The notes under the pieces are model-generated. The model was not told the DNA's origin, did not search any database, and saw only the letters and a program-made list of their open reading frames with translations. A DNA stretch of 64,000 bases from Bacteroidales bacterium (lineage in GTDB: Bacteria > Bacteroidota > Bacteroidia > Bacteroidales > UBA932), in the NCBI GenBank assembly GCA_028686425.1, contig JAQUBZ010000001.1, forward strand, positions 50,536 through 114,535, in the 5' to 3' direction. Position numbers and translations under genes: made by a program. The number at the start of each line of letters is the position of its first letter. Position 1 is the stretch's first letter. Positions 1-10,671 of this stretch are shown here, piece by piece.

Positions 1-344
1 CCAAAACAGCCGAAGGGGCATCAGGTGAGATTACCGATGCCGACATTGTAAAAATTATTCAGAAACTTGTAAAACAGCGCAAAGAAAGCGCAGAAATCTA
101 TGCTCAGCAATCACGTCGGGAATTGGCGGACAATGAACTTGCCGAAGCAGCCATTCTGGAAAAATACCTCCCCAAACAGCTGAGCGAATCAGAAGTCGAG
201 GAGGCATTATCTAAAATCATCAGTCAACTTGGAGTCTCAGGCCCTGCCGCTATGGGAAAGGTCATGGGAACAGCCACAAAGGCCCTTGCGGGGCAGGCTG
301 ACAGTAAGCTTATTTCAACAATTGTGAAGAAATTGCTTTCATAG
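1..344 (+). CDS. GatB/YqeY domain-containing protein (5' end outside window)
   Basis: The frame is open from the window edge. The translation ...IVKIIQKLVKQRKESAEIYAQQSRRELADNELAEAAILEKYLPKQLSESEV...GKVMG... matches the YqeY/GatB_Yqey pattern. Confidence 0.8.
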   Translation, partial: KTAEGASGEITDADIVKIIQKLVKQRKESAEIYAQQSRRELADNELAEAAILEKYLPKQLSESEVEEALSKIISQLGVSGPAAMGKVMGTATKALAGQADSKLISTIVKKLLS

Positions 345-1206
345 CATCATAGACAGGTCCGTCGTGCAGGGCAGCAGGAGTTCCCCGGTCACCGCCTTCG
401 CGGATGCTTTGCACGATAGGAATTTGTCCCAATAGTTCAAGACCATACTTTTCGGCCATCTTCCTACAGCCGTCTTTACCGAAAATATAATATTTGTTGT
501 TCGGTAGTTCAGCGGGGGTGAACCATGACATATTCTCCACAAGGCCGTAAATATGTTTGTCGATATTTTCATTTCTGAACATATTGACCCCTTTCTCTAC
601 ATCTGCAAGTGCCACATCTTGTGGCGTACTCACAATAATAGCCCCTGAAAGAGGAATATCGTGGACAAGGGAGATATGAATATCCCCTGTTCCTGGAGGA
701 AGGTCTATCAAAAGGAAGTCAAGCTCTCCCCATCTCACCTGCAAAATCATCTGTTTCAGAGCATTGCAAGCCATAGGACCTCTCCATATAAGAGCCTGAT
801 CGGGACGGGCAAAATAGCCTATGGACATCCATTTTACGCCATATTTTTCGATAGGAAAGATTATTTCCTTACTGTCCGGAGGGATTTGATCCCCCTCATT
901 GAGAGGTTTGCCGTCAACATCATAGATTTCGACAGCAGGCATGGCTCCCTCCGTACCCGTCATTTTGGGAACGGACGGACCGTAAACATCTGCATCGGCA
1001 AGCCCGACCTTGTAGCCCATTCTTGCAAGGGCAATGGCCAGATTGACAGCAACAGTTGACTTTCCGACACCGCCTTTGCCCGAAGCAATGGCGATGATTT
1101 TGCCCACTTCACTCAATTCCTGCTGATCCAAATCCAAAGGCTTCTTCTTTGCAGGCTTGGGTTGATTGGGATTGTAGGGACCTTTTATATTTTCGTAAGG
1201 TTTCAT
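310..1206 (-). CDS. mrp: Mrp/NBP35 (ApbC-type) iron-sulfur cluster carrier ATPase
   Basis: 298 aa with the deviant Walker A GKGGVGKST, DLPPGTGD, and a typical Mrp C-terminal region. ATG start. The 3' end overlaps the convergent yqeY-like gene. Confidence 0.9.
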   Translation of the reverse strand: MKPYENIKGPYNPNQPKPAKKKPLDLDQQELSEVGKIIAIASGKGGVGKSTVAVNLAIALARMGYKVGLADADVYGPSVPKMTGTEGAMPAVEIYDVDGKPLNEGDQIPPDSKEIIFPIEKYGVKWMSIGYFARPDQALIWRGPMACNALKQMILQVRWGELDFLLIDLPPGTGDIHISLVHDIPLSGAIIVSTPQDVALADVEKGVNMFRNENIDKHIYGLVENMSWFTPAELPNNKYYIFGKDGCRKMAEKYGLELLGQIPIVQSIREGGDRGTPAALHDGPVYDAMKAISSQLLK

Positions 1207-1208
1207 TA

Positions 1209-2981
1209 TTATTTGGTTTTTTCGGGAGCAACGCTCTTGAGAAATAATTCGTTCATCTGCATTTCATCAATTCTTGACGGAGCATCAGCCATCATATCCC
1301 TTCCTGTATTATTTTTAGGGAATGCGATGTAATCTCTGATAGTATCCTGTCCTCCGAACAAAGAGCAGAAACGGTCAAATCCGAAAGCGATACCTCCATG
1401 AGGAGGAGCTCCGAACTTGAAGGCATTCATCAGAAAGCCGAATTTGTACTGAGCCTCTTCATCTGTCATCCCCAGCACTTCAAACATTCTCTTCTGAATA
1501 TTGGAGTTGTGGATACGGATTGAGCCGCCGCCGACCTCTGTTCCATTCAGTACAAAGTCGTAAGCGTTGGCTGAGACCAATTCGAGGTCTTCTTTGCGAT
1601 TACTGTAAAATTTGTCGAGGTCTTCGGGTTTGGGAGAGGTGAACGGATGGTGCATTGCATAGAAACGATTGGTCTCGTCATCCCATTCCAACAAAGGAAA
1701 ATCGCACACCCACAGAGGAGCAAACACTTTAGGATCGCGCAAGCCGAGTCTGTTACCCATCTCTATACGAAGTGTTCCGAGAGCAACCTGTGTCTTGGTT
1801 TTTATTCCCGACATAATGAAAATCATGTCACCAACTCCTGCCCCCATGCCGTCTGCAATCTTTTTGAGGTCATCATGCGTGAAGAACTTATCTACGGACG
1901 ATTTGATTCCCTCTTCTGAAATTCTTATATAAACCAGCCCTTTGGCACCGACCTGAGGCCTTTTTACCCATTCTGTCAATTCGTCAATCTGTTTGCGGGT
2001 ATAAGAAGCTATACCTTCAACAACGATACCTCCGATATAGGGAGCATCATCGAATACCGAAAAATTATGCCCCTTAGCCACCCCTGTAAGATCGTTTATC
2101 TTCATGCCGAATCTGATATCGGGTTTGTCGGAACCATAGAAGCCCATCGCATCTGCATAGCTCATGCGAGGGAACTGCTCTTTGAATTCCATACCCAACA
2201 CATTCTTAAACAGGTGTTTGGCAAGTCCTTCAAATGTATTTAGCACATCTTCTCTCTCTACAAACGACATCTCACAGTCTATCTGTGTAAATTCGGGTTG
2301 ACGGTCTGCCCTGAGGTCTTCATCCCTGAAACAGCGTACAATCTGAAAATATCTGTCATATCCTGCCACCATCAGCAGCTGTTTGTATTGCTGAGGGCTT
2401 TGAGGCAGTGCATAAAATTCACCCGGATTCATACGGCTCGGAACGACAAAGTCGCGGGCCCCTTCCGGAGTAGATTTGATGAGGTATGGAGTCTCTATTT
2501 CCATGAAATCTTTGCTATCCAAATAGTTACGTGTCTCATGGGCCATTTTGTGCCTCAAGCTTAATGCTTTTTTCAAAGGATTTCTGCGAAGGTCTATATA
2601 GCGATATTTGGCACGCAACTCTTCTCCACCGTCAGACTCGTCTTCAATTGTGAACGGAGGAGTCTGAGCTTCATTCAACATATTGATTTCAGTGAGTTTG
2701 ATTTCGATATCCCCTGTAGGGATTTTGGCATTTTTGCTGTGTCTCTCTTCAACAACTCCGATTGCCTGAATGACATATTCTCTTCCAAGTCCGGAAGCCA
2801 TATCGTTCAGTTCTTTTGAGGAAGACTCGTCAATCACCAATTGTGTGATACCGTAACGATCTCTCAAGTCGATAAAACTCATGCCGCCCATTTTGCGGGT
2901 TCTCTGAACCCAGCCGGCCAAAGTTACCGTCTGACCTACATGGTCAATACGTAATTCTCCACATGTATGTGTTCTGTACAT
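1209..2981 (-). CDS. aspS: aspartate--tRNA ligase
   Basis: Class II aaRS motifs ([24 protein letters not shown]). I place the start at the internal ATG ([11 protein letters not shown]), giving about 590 aa. That is one nt after the stop of the upstream gene. Confidence 0.95.
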   Translation of the reverse strand: MYRTHTCGELRIDHVGQTVTLAGWVQRTRKMGGMSFIDLRDRYGITQLVIDESSSKELNDMASGLGREYVIQAIGVVEERHSKNAKIPTGDIEIKLTEINMLNEAQTPPFTIEDESDGGEELRAKYRYIDLRRNPLKKALSLRHKMAHETRNYLDSKDFMEIETPYLIKSTPEGARDFVVPSRMNPGEFYALPQSPQQYKQLLMVAGYDRYFQIVRCFRDEDLRADRQPEFTQIDCEMSFVEREDVLNTFEGLAKHLFKNVLGMEFKEQFPRMSYADAMGFYGSDKPDIRFGMKINDLTGVAKGHNFSVFDDAPYIGGIVVEGIASYTRKQIDELTEWVKRPQVGAKGLVYIRISEEGIKSSVDKFFTHDDLKKIADGMGAGVGDMIFIMSGIKTKTQVALGTLRIEMGNRLGLRDPKVFAPLWVCDFPLLEWDDETNRFYAMHHPFTSPKPEDLDKFYSNRKEDLELVSANAYDFVLNGTEVGGGSIRIHNSNIQKRMFEVLGMTDEEAQYKFGFLMNAFKFGAPPHGGIAFGFDRFCSLFGGQDTIRDYIAFPKNNTGRDMMADAPSRIDEMQMNELFLKSVAPEKTK

Positions 2982-2982
2982 A

Positions 2983-4320
2983 TTATTCGTATTTATTAAC
3001 GTCATCCATAATTATCATTCTGTTGCCTTGAGCAAGTTGAGTTGCCCACACGAAATATCCGTTTGCACTCAAATGCACTCCATCCGTCGTGTATTCTGCT
3101 TTAAGATCGCCTTTATCGTCTTTCATCTTTTCGGCAATATCAAGATAAATATAATTGTATTTGCCGGTATTGGCTGCAAGCAGTTTGTTCAATTCCTCAA
3201 CTTTAGGATTAAATCCTTCATAGTATTTCGATTTTGGATTAAGAGGTAAAGTACTCTGAATATAAAGATATGCCTTCGGCACATCGCTCCTGATCTTCTT
3301 TATCAACTTTTCGTATGATGCCCAAAGCTCTGAAACCTTGATATCCTTGTTATTGATGATGTCATTGGTTCCTATCATAAGATATATCTTGTTGGGCTTC
3401 TCCTCTGCAATATCGTCTATTCTGTTATAAACGCCCTCAATGACGTCTCCGCTGATACCACGATTGATAACAGACGTAAACGGCAGAAGCTCTACCCATA
3501 AAGCATTGTTATTCAAGCTATTACCTAACATGATGATAAAATTATATGTATTAGGCAGAGAGTTGAATATTGATACTCTGTGTTTGTAGTAATCGGTTAT
3601 TTCTTTATATTTTCTGTCATTGGCCTTATTTAGTGCAGGAGTACCGATGTATTCTTCAATAGCCTTTGCATAAACTTCATAGCCGGCGCCATTGAGGTTT
3701 ACACCATTCCATGTGTATTTGTCGGACAATGTCCCTTTGTCTCCCACTACAACTGCAGGAATATCTATGTATTTGAATTTGCCGTTTTGAGCAGCTTCAG
3801 AGAGCTTGGTGTTGATTTCACCGACTTTTGCAATCTGTCCGGCATCCATTTTTCCGGTAGGAATGGTACCGAGATAGTATAATGCGGTCTTAGGGGCCAG
3901 AGTTTTGGCTCTGTCCATGATTTCGAGAACTCTGCTAACTGTGCTGTCGGCGGCATCTCCGTGAAGAACATCCCTCATACCTGCACTTACAAATATAATT
4001 TTAGGGTGTTTGACTGCAATGGAGTCAACTCTGTATCTTACATGTTCCGTACCGTCAAGGGCAATACCTCTGTTTCTGATCTTTTTGTTGTTGAAAAACA
4101 GCTGCCATTCACCTCTGTCCATATAATCATCACCAAGCATGACGATACAGTTGGTATCGATAGGCATTTCGACATACATGCCGTTTTTCTCATTAAAATA
4201 GTCTTCATTGGTAAACCAGGTCGGTGCAGGGACAGGAGCCAATGCTGATACAACTTCTTTGTCTTTACATGAAGTAAGCAGCACTGCCGCAAACATTAAA
4301 ATCGAAAAAATTCTTTTCAT
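2983..4320 (-). CDS. tandem SGNH/GDSL-family hydrolase lipoprotein
   Basis: 445 aa with a lipoprotein-like signal (LLTSC). Two GDSL-like blocks ([12 protein letters not shown] and [11 protein letters not shown]), each followed by GxND and DGVHL-type motifs. Confidence 0.75.
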   Translation of the reverse strand: MKRIFSILMFAAVLLTSCKDKEVVSALAPVPAPTWFTNEDYFNEKNGMYVEMPIDTNCIVMLGDDYMDRGEWQLFFNNKKIRNRGIALDGTEHVRYRVDSIAVKHPKIIFVSAGMRDVLHGDAADSTVSRVLEIMDRAKTLAPKTALYYLGTIPTGKMDAGQIAKVGEINTKLSEAAQNGKFKYIDIPAVVVGDKGTLSDKYTWNGVNLNGAGYEVYAKAIEEYIGTPALNKANDRKYKEITDYYKHRVSIFNSLPNTYNFIIMLGNSLNNNALWVELLPFTSVINRGISGDVIEGVYNRIDDIAEEKPNKIYLMIGTNDIINNKDIKVSELWASYEKLIKKIRSDVPKAYLYIQSTLPLNPKSKYYEGFNPKVEELNKLLAANTGKYNYIYLDIAEKMKDDKGDLKAEYTTDGVHLSANGYFVWATQLAQGNRMIIMDDVNKYE

Positions 4321-4348
4321 ATCCTTTAATTTTTAAATATTATCTGAG

Positions 4349-5452
4349 TTATACATTGAACAAAAAGTGCATTACATCTCCATCCTGCACCACATATTCC
4401 TTCCCTTCACTGTTAAGTCTGCCCGCTGCACGGCATGCCGCCTCACTGCCGAGGGTGATATAATCTTCATATCTTATAACCTCTGCGCGTATAAATCCTT
4501 TTTCAAAATCGGTATGAATCACACCGGCAGCCTGCGGAGCCTTATCTCCCTTGTTGATAGTCCAAGCTCTCACTTCCGGCTCTCCTGCGGTAAAATAGGT
4601 TTGAAGATTAAGCAGTGAATATGCGGCCTGAATCAGCCTTACCACACCCGAATCTTTAAGTCCTATCTCTTCAAGAAACATCTTTCTCTCATCATAATCC
4701 TCAAGTTCTGCAATTTCGGACTCAATCTTTGCTGCAATAATCAAAATCTGAGCATCTTCTCCCTTAACCGCCTCTCTGACACTGTCCGTGTATGCGTTGC
4801 CGCTTCCGGCAGATGCTTCGTCCACATTGCACACATACATCACAGGCTTATTGGTCAAAAGGCATAGTTCTTTGGCAATCTTCAGATCTTCGGGATTATC
4901 AAAAGCGACTTCACGGGCATTTCTGCCCTGTTCAAGAACTGCTTTATATTTCAGAAGTACATCTACTGCACGTTTGGCGTGCTTGTCTCCGCCGGTCTGA
5001 GCCTGCTTCCGGACTTTGGACAATCTGTTGTTGACGGTATCCAGATCCTTAATCTGAAGCTCAATATCTATTATTTCCTTATCTCTTACAGGGTTGACAC
5101 TTCCATCGACATGTACCACATTCGGGTCGTCGAAACAGCGTAACACATGCAAAATCGCATCAGTTTCACGTATATTTGCAAGAAACTGATTACCAAGCCC
5201 TTCTCCCTTGCTTGCCCCTTTTACCAGGCCGGCGATGTCAACTATTTCGACCGTGGCGGGAACCACACGTTTGGGATTGACCAACTTTTCCAAGACACTG
5301 AGCCGCTCGTCCGGAACGCTTGTAGAACCCACATTGGGTTCAATTGTGCAGAACGGAAAGTTGGCAGCTTGTGCCTTAGAAGAACTTATACAATTGAATA
5401 GTGTCGATTTGCCTACATTCGGGAGACCAACTATACCACACCTTAATGCCAT
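4349..5452 (-). CDS. ychF: redox-regulated ATPase YchF
   Basis: 367 aa. N-terminal GIVGLPNVGKSTLFN, a TGS-like C-terminal domain, and an ending ...GDVMHFLFNV typical of YchF. Confidence 0.95.
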   Translation of the reverse strand: MALRCGIVGLPNVGKSTLFNCISSSKAQAANFPFCTIEPNVGSTSVPDERLSVLEKLVNPKRVVPATVEIVDIAGLVKGASKGEGLGNQFLANIRETDAILHVLRCFDDPNVVHVDGSVNPVRDKEIIDIELQIKDLDTVNNRLSKVRKQAQTGGDKHAKRAVDVLLKYKAVLEQGRNAREVAFDNPEDLKIAKELCLLTNKPVMYVCNVDEASAGSGNAYTDSVREAVKGEDAQILIIAAKIESEIAELEDYDERKMFLEEIGLKDSGVVRLIQAAYSLLNLQTYFTAGEPEVRAWTINKGDKAPQAAGVIHTDFEKGFIRAEVIRYEDYITLGSEAACRAAGRLNSEGKEYVVQDGDVMHFLFNV

Positions 5453-5477
5453 TACTATTGCGTTTACTATTAGCCGA

Positions 5478-5485
5478 CAAAGATA
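5478..5485 (-). promoter_or_regulatory. Bacteroidetes-type -7 box (TATCTTTG) upstream of ychF
   Basis: Matches the TAnnTTTG consensus on the minus strand, about 26 nt upstream of the ATG. Confidence 0.4.
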
Positions 5486-5503
5486 GTAATTTTCTTACAA
5501 TAG

Positions 5504-6778
5504 TTATTCATTTATAGCATCAACAGGATTAAGGTTGGCTGCAACACGGGCTGGAACCACTCCGGATATGACACCTATGACGGTGGCAATCAACAATCCC
5601 ATAATGACATTTCCGATGGTAAGTCTTATTTCAAGCGACCCTGCCGGGATAAACAATGTTCCGATATAGACTAACAGGATTCCCACTATGCCACCGGCTA
5701 TGGCAAGTGTTGCCGACTCTATCAGAAATTGCATTGTGATAACATATTTCTTGGCTCCGAGCGCCTTTTGGATTCCGATTTGCTTCGTTCGTTCCTTGAC
5801 CGATACAAACATGATATTGGCTATGCCGAATCCGCCGATCAACAATGAAAATCCACCGATAATCCACCCTATCATATTGACAAGTCTGAAGATTTTACCC
5901 ACTTCCTTTATGGCAAAAGACATCTGATTGATTGAAAAATTGTCCTTTTGTACGGGCTTCAGTCTTCTGTCTTTTCTCATGAGAGACTTTAACTCTCCGA
6001 TAAAGTCGTCAGTATTTACTCCCTCTTTGGGATTGATTATGATTTCTGCAGAAATCTGATTGATATTGATCAATGTTCTTGCGACTACAAGAGGTATTAC
6101 AATGGCGGCATCCGTATCGACCATACTGACGGTCGTACCTCTTGCACTTTTAAACACACCTATTACAATCGCATCTGTCGCTCCGACTTTGATGGTCTTT
6201 CCTATCGGATTATTTCCTCCCGAAAACAGCTTTTCGGCAACTTCATTACCAATAATGGCCACATGCGTTCCCTTTTGAAGTTCGGAGGCTGTAAACGATC
6301 TCCCCTTTTCTATCTCATCCATAACCATCATTTCCCAATCGGTTGTGGCTCCAATCACCCTTCCCGACTCAAAAGAGTTACCCTCAAATTTGACGGTTCT
6401 TGTAAACTGACAGCTGAATGTTATTCTGTCGTAGGTTGAACAATTGTTCTTAAGATACAGATAGTCCGAATACGAAATACGCGGTCTTTTCCTGTATTCC
6501 CACCATTTGAACACCCCGCCATCACCCTCTTCAGGCCCCATGGGATATTGATCCACAAATACAAGCTCACTTCCAAACGAGTCAAACCCCTCTCTGATAC
6601 TATTTTGGAGCGAATCCACCACTGTAAACACAGCTACTATGGAAAATATGCCGATGCAGACTCCGAGCAACGATAAAAACGTTCTGAATTTATCAATTTT
6701 CAATTGAGAAAGAGCAAAGTCAATACTTTCACTCACAAGCTTTAAAATGCTTATAGCATTCTTTTTTAAATTATTCAT
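5504..6778 (-). CDS. ABC transporter permease (MacB/FtsX family)
   Basis: 424 aa. N-terminal TM helix, a large periplasmic MacB_PCD-like region, and C-terminal FtsX TM helices (KERTKQIGIQKALGAKK). Confidence 0.85.
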   Translation of the reverse strand: MNNLKKNAISILKLVSESIDFALSQLKIDKFRTFLSLLGVCIGIFSIVAVFTVVDSLQNSIREGFDSFGSELVFVDQYPMGPEEGDGGVFKWWEYRKRPRISYSDYLYLKNNCSTYDRITFSCQFTRTVKFEGNSFESGRVIGATTDWEMMVMDEIEKGRSFTASELQKGTHVAIIGNEVAEKLFSGGNNPIGKTIKVGATDAIVIGVFKSARGTTVSMVDTDAAIVIPLVVARTLININQISAEIIINPKEGVNTDDFIGELKSLMRKDRRLKPVQKDNFSINQMSFAIKEVGKIFRLVNMIGWIIGGFSLLIGGFGIANIMFVSVKERTKQIGIQKALGAKKYVITMQFLIESATLAIAGGIVGILLVYIGTLFIPAGSLEIRLTIGNVIMGLLIATVIGVISGVVPARVAANLNPVDAINE

Positions 6779-6790
6779 TTTAAGTCCTCC

Positions 6791-9445
6791 CTACAATCCT
6801 ATCTTTCTTTTCAGTTCCCTTATGGTGTCAAAAGCCTCCAAAGGGGACATTTTGTTAATATCAATTCGTTTGAGTTCATCTTTAATATCAAGCAGCAAAG
6901 GATCATCAAGCTGATACAAAGACAATTGTATTGGCTTGCTTTCAGCCTTTTTCGCTGATTTGGCTTCATTTCCCTTTGAACCCTCAAGGGATTTCAGTTT
7001 CTTTTCGGCTTGTCTGACCACCGTCTCAGGCATACCGGCAAGCTTGGCGACATGAATACCGAAACTGTGAGCAACTCCGCCTTCACACAATTTACGAAGA
7101 AATATGACCTTTCCATCAACCTCTTTGACCGAGATATGATAATTGTGAACTCTCTCATAAAGAGATTCGAGATCATTAAGTTCGTGATAATGAGTGGCAA
7201 ACAGAGTTTTAGGGCAAGGATTGAAGCGATTGTCCTCCCCTTCATGCAAATATTCAACAATAGACCACGCTATGGACATGCCGTCATAGGTACTTGTTCC
7301 TCTTCCTATTTCATCAAGCAGAATGAGAGAGCGTTGCGATACATTGTGAAGTATCGTGGCCGTTTCAAGCATTTCGACCATAAATGTCGATTCCCCCTTT
7401 GAAATGTTGTCGGAAGCACCCACTCTGGTAAAAAGCTTGTCGATAAAGCCTATTTGGGCCCTTTGCGCCGGCACGAAGCAACCAATCTGAGCAAGAAGCA
7501 CAATCAGTGCAGATTGTCTCAGAAAAGCAGATTTACCTGCCATATTAGGCCCTGTCAATATAATAATCTGCTGAGAGTTATTACTCAAATAGAGGTCGTT
7601 GGCAATATACTCCTCTCCCGGATTCATCATTGTCTCTATTACGGGATGCCTTCCACCTGTAATCCCGATCTCGAGAGAATCGTTCATTTCAGGACGGCAA
7701 TAGTGATTGGTTACAGCAAGCTGCGCAAATCCGACAAGGCAGTCAAGCGAGGCAATCGTTGTCGCATTTCGCTGAATGACCTGAATATTATTCCGTATTT
7801 CTGCAACCAACTCTGTATATAACTGTGTCTCAAGCTCTAAAATCCTCCCTTCAGCACCCAGGATTTGTTCCTCATACTCTTTTAATTCCGGAGTAATATA
7901 CCTCTCGGCATTTACCAGAGTCTGTTTCCGAATCCAGTCGGAAGGCACTTTGTCCGAATGGGTGTTGCGGACCTCAAGGTAATAGCCGAACACATTATTG
8001 TAACTTATTTTCAGAGAGGAAATTCCGGTCCTCTCTTTCTCCTGTTGCTGTATTTGAAGCAGAATATCCTTTCCGTGATTGAGGGTATTGCGCAACTTGT
8101 CGAGATCTTCATTCACACCGGTGGCAATCACGTCACCCTTACCTATCTGAGAGGCGCACTCCTGCAAAATGGAGCAGGTAATGGTCTCATTCAATGCCGT
8201 ACAACCATCCAACGAGGAGATAAATTCTGAAAATACATCGTCAGCACTCGATCCACCGCTACCACTCAGCAGCTGCTTTATTTCGGCAACATTTTTTAGG
8301 CCTCTTCCCAATTGAAGCACCTCTCGAGGAGCGATTTTCCCTGCTGCCGCCTTAGATACAATCCTTTCAAGATCTCCGATATTCCCTATCGCCGTCTGTA
8401 CCTTCTCCCTCAACTCTCCGTCGGCGACAAAGGCCGATACCACATCATAACGATGTTCAATTTTAGAAATATCCTTCAAAGGCATTGAGAGCCACTCCTT
8501 CAAAAGCCTTGCCCCCATCGGCGAAGAACACCTGTCTATGACCGAAAGAAGCGATCTGCCCTCATTCCCCCCGAAAGAATTGAATATTTCCAGATTACGA
8601 AAAGTAAATCTGTCCATCCATACAAAATCGCCCTCATCTATCCTTGAAATGGCCCGAATATGTCCCAGACTGCTATGTTGTGTCATTTCAAGATAAAAAA
8701 GAACAGCACCTGACGCACTGATGCCGAGTGGAAGCTGCTCTACCCCGAAACCTTTCAGCGATTCGAGACCGAAATGGGTACACAACTTCTTACGACACGA
8801 CTCATATACAAACGCCCATTCATCAAGAGTCGAAATATACGCGATATTGCCAAATCTCTTTCGAAATCCATCCTGATACCCTTTTTCAATCAAAATCTCT
8901 TTCGGGGACATATTTGAAAGAAGCACCTCAATATACTCCATCGACCCCTGTGCTATCTTAAAAGTACCCGTGGATATATCGAGAAAGGCTATTCCGGCCT
9001 TGTCCGATGTGTTACCTGTCCGGGTATCCTTATTAAAATAGACAGCTGCCAGAAAATTGTTCTCGTCTTGCCGAAGCAGATTGTCGTTGTATGCCACTCC
9101 GGGAGTAACAAGCTCCGTGACACCCCTCTTGACGATTTTTTTGGTCAATTTGGGGTCCTCAAGCTGGTCACACACCGCCACCTTATACCCTGCTTTGACA
9201 AGCTTGGGCAAATAAGTGTCGATGGCATGGTGCGGAACTCCTGCTAATTCAGTATAAGTGCCTGAACCTGTGGCTTTACGCGTAAGAACAATACCCAACA
9301 CTTTACTCGTAATAATTGCGTCTTCACCAAAGGTTTCATAAAAATCACCCACCCTGTACAACAGCAGAGAATCGGGATAATTTGATTTTATCTCGAAAAA
9401 CTGCTTCATAAGCGGAGTTTCTGCTACTTTCTTTTTATCATTCAT
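6791..9445 (-). CDS. mutS: DNA mismatch repair protein MutS
   Basis: TPLMKQFFEIK N-terminus, Walker A GPNMAGKS, and DEIGRGTSTYDG. I prefer the internal ATG (MNDKKK...) over the ORF-track start at 9493. Confidence 0.95.
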   Translation of the reverse strand: MNDKKKVAETPLMKQFFEIKSNYPDSLLLYRVGDFYETFGEDAIITSKVLGIVLTRKATGSGTYTELAGVPHHAIDTYLPKLVKAGYKVAVCDQLEDPKLTKKIVKRGVTELVTPGVAYNDNLLRQDENNFLAAVYFNKDTRTGNTSDKAGIAFLDISTGTFKIAQGSMEYIEVLLSNMSPKEILIEKGYQDGFRKRFGNIAYISTLDEWAFVYESCRKKLCTHFGLESLKGFGVEQLPLGISASGAVLFYLEMTQHSSLGHIRAISRIDEGDFVWMDRFTFRNLEIFNSFGGNEGRSLLSVIDRCSSPMGARLLKEWLSMPLKDISKIEHRYDVVSAFVADGELREKVQTAIGNIGDLERIVSKAAAGKIAPREVLQLGRGLKNVAEIKQLLSGSGGSSADDVFSEFISSLDGCTALNETITCSILQECASQIGKGDVIATGVNEDLDKLRNTLNHGKDILLQIQQQEKERTGISSLKISYNNVFGYYLEVRNTHSDKVPSDWIRKQTLVNAERYITPELKEYEEQILGAEGRILELETQLYTELVAEIRNNIQVIQRNATTIASLDCLVGFAQLAVTNHYCRPEMNDSLEIGITGGRHPVIETMMNPGEEYIANDLYLSNNSQQIIILTGPNMAGKSAFLRQSALIVLLAQIGCFVPAQRAQIGFIDKLFTRVGASDNISKGESTFMVEMLETATILHNVSQRSLILLDEIGRGTSTYDGMSIAWSIVEYLHEGEDNRFNPCPKTLFATHYHELNDLESLYERVHNYHISVKEVDGKVIFLRKLCEGGVAHSFGIHVAKLAGMPETVVRQAEKKLKSLEGSKGNEAKSAKKAESKPIQLSLYQLDDPLLLDIKDELKRIDINKMSPLEAFDTIRELKRKIGL

Positions 9446-9481
9446 AGTGACAAAAATACCAATAATTTTCTCTTTAAATGT

Positions 9482-9489
9482 TATCTTTG
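9482..9489 (+). promoter_or_regulatory. -7 box (TATCTTTG) upstream of the serine hydrolase gene
   Basis: TAnnTTTG match 37 nt upstream of the ATG at 9526. Confidence 0.4.
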
Positions 9490-9525
9490 TCAAACAATTT
9501 TTTAATCAATTAAAATACAACAATA

Positions 9526-10671
9526 ATGATAAGAAAATCTTCTCTTCTACTCTCCTTTTTCCTAATGCTTTCCGTTACGGCCTGCACAAGCGACCCGACT
9601 GCAAAGTTTGAAAAAGAAATGGATACCTTCCTGAAAGATATTCAAAATGTCGGCATGGGTGTTGCCGTTGTCAAAGACAATCAGGTTATATACAACCACT
9701 CCTTCGGAGTCAAAAACCTTGATACCCAAGAGGCTGTAACAAATGAAACACTATTCAGAATAGCCTCCATCTCCAAATCATTTTCAGCCACATCAATGAT
9801 GCAGCTTCGCGAACAGGGGCTTGTATCGCTCGATACGGACGTCAGCGAACTTATGGGATTTCCTATCAGAAACCCGAAATATCCCGAAACAGTCATCACT
9901 CTTGCCATGCTGATGTCCCACACTTCAAGCCTTAACGACAATGAAGGATATTTTACCCTTGATGTCATCAATCCTGCCACCAATCCCAACTGGGCCAACT
10001 GCTACAACGATTACGAACCCGGCAAAGGTTACGAATATTGCAATCTCAACTTCAACATGACGGGAACTTTCATCGAAAAGCTTTCAGGTGAAAGATTTGA
10101 CCAATACGTCAAACACCACGTACTCGACCCTCTCGGTCTATACGGCGGTTATTGTGTAGATTCGCTTGACACTTCACGTTTCGCCACACTTTACGAATAC
10201 AACAACAAGGCAGACTCTCTTGAAGCTTGTCCCGAAGCATACGCACCGAGATCCGAACAGATCAGGAACTACACCATGGGATACTCCACTCCTGTATTTT
10301 CTCCGACAGGAGGGATGAAGATTTCAGCTCTCGACCTCGCAAAATACATGATGATGCACATGAATTACGGAACTTCCCCTGATGGTGTCAGGATTATTTC
10401 AGAAGAGAGCTCAAAGATAATGCAGACCCCTCTTTCAGATCCGGAACACTACGGAATGGCTTTGTGGGTAACCGATGAATATACTCCGGGAATCAAACTT
10501 GTCGGACATACGGGAGGTGCTTACGGCCTAAGAAGCGCAATGTTTTTCAATCCTGCGGAAAAATACGGATTTGTTGTCATCAGCAACGGTTCAAAAGATG
10601 TTGCAAGTGACGGCAAGACCGATATTCTGACAGGTCCAATCCAATTAATGTATAAATACTTTGTCAAATAA
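9526..10671 (+). CDS. serine hydrolase (beta-lactamase/PBP4* family) lipoprotein
   Basis: 381 aa with a lipoprotein signal (SVTAC), the SxxK motif SISKSF, and a YxN-like motif. Fits the class C beta-lactamase-related fold. Confidence 0.8.
   Translation: MIRKSSLLLSFFLMLSVTACTSDPTAKFEKEMDTFLKDIQNVGMGVAVVKDNQVIYNHSFGVKNLDTQEAVTNETLFRIASISKSFSATSMMQLREQGLVSLDTDVSELMGFPIRNPKYPETVITLAMLMSHTSSLNDNEGYFTLDVINPATNPNWANCYNDYEPGKGYEYCNLNFNMTGTFIEKLSGERFDQYVKHHVLDPLGLYGGYCVDSLDTSRFATLYEYNNKADSLEACPEAYAPRSEQIRNYTMGYSTPVFSPTGGMKISALDLAKYMMMHMNYGTSPDGVRIISEESSKIMQTPLSDPEHYGMALWVTDEYTPGIKLVGHTGGAYGLRSAMFFNPAEKYGFVVISNGSKDVASDGKTDILTGPIQLMYKYFVK

Noticed and set aside
310-344. 35-bp overlap of the convergent yqeY-like and mrp genes as a possible annotation error
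   Set aside because: Both reading frames carry family-typical C-terminal sequences up to their stops. Short convergent overlaps are tolerated, so I did not treat this as a finding.
9446-9493. 16-aa N-terminal extension of mutS
   Set aside because: MutS homology (TPLMKQFF) follows closely after the internal MNDKKK start. The extension has no conserved counterpart. Retained only as an alternative start.
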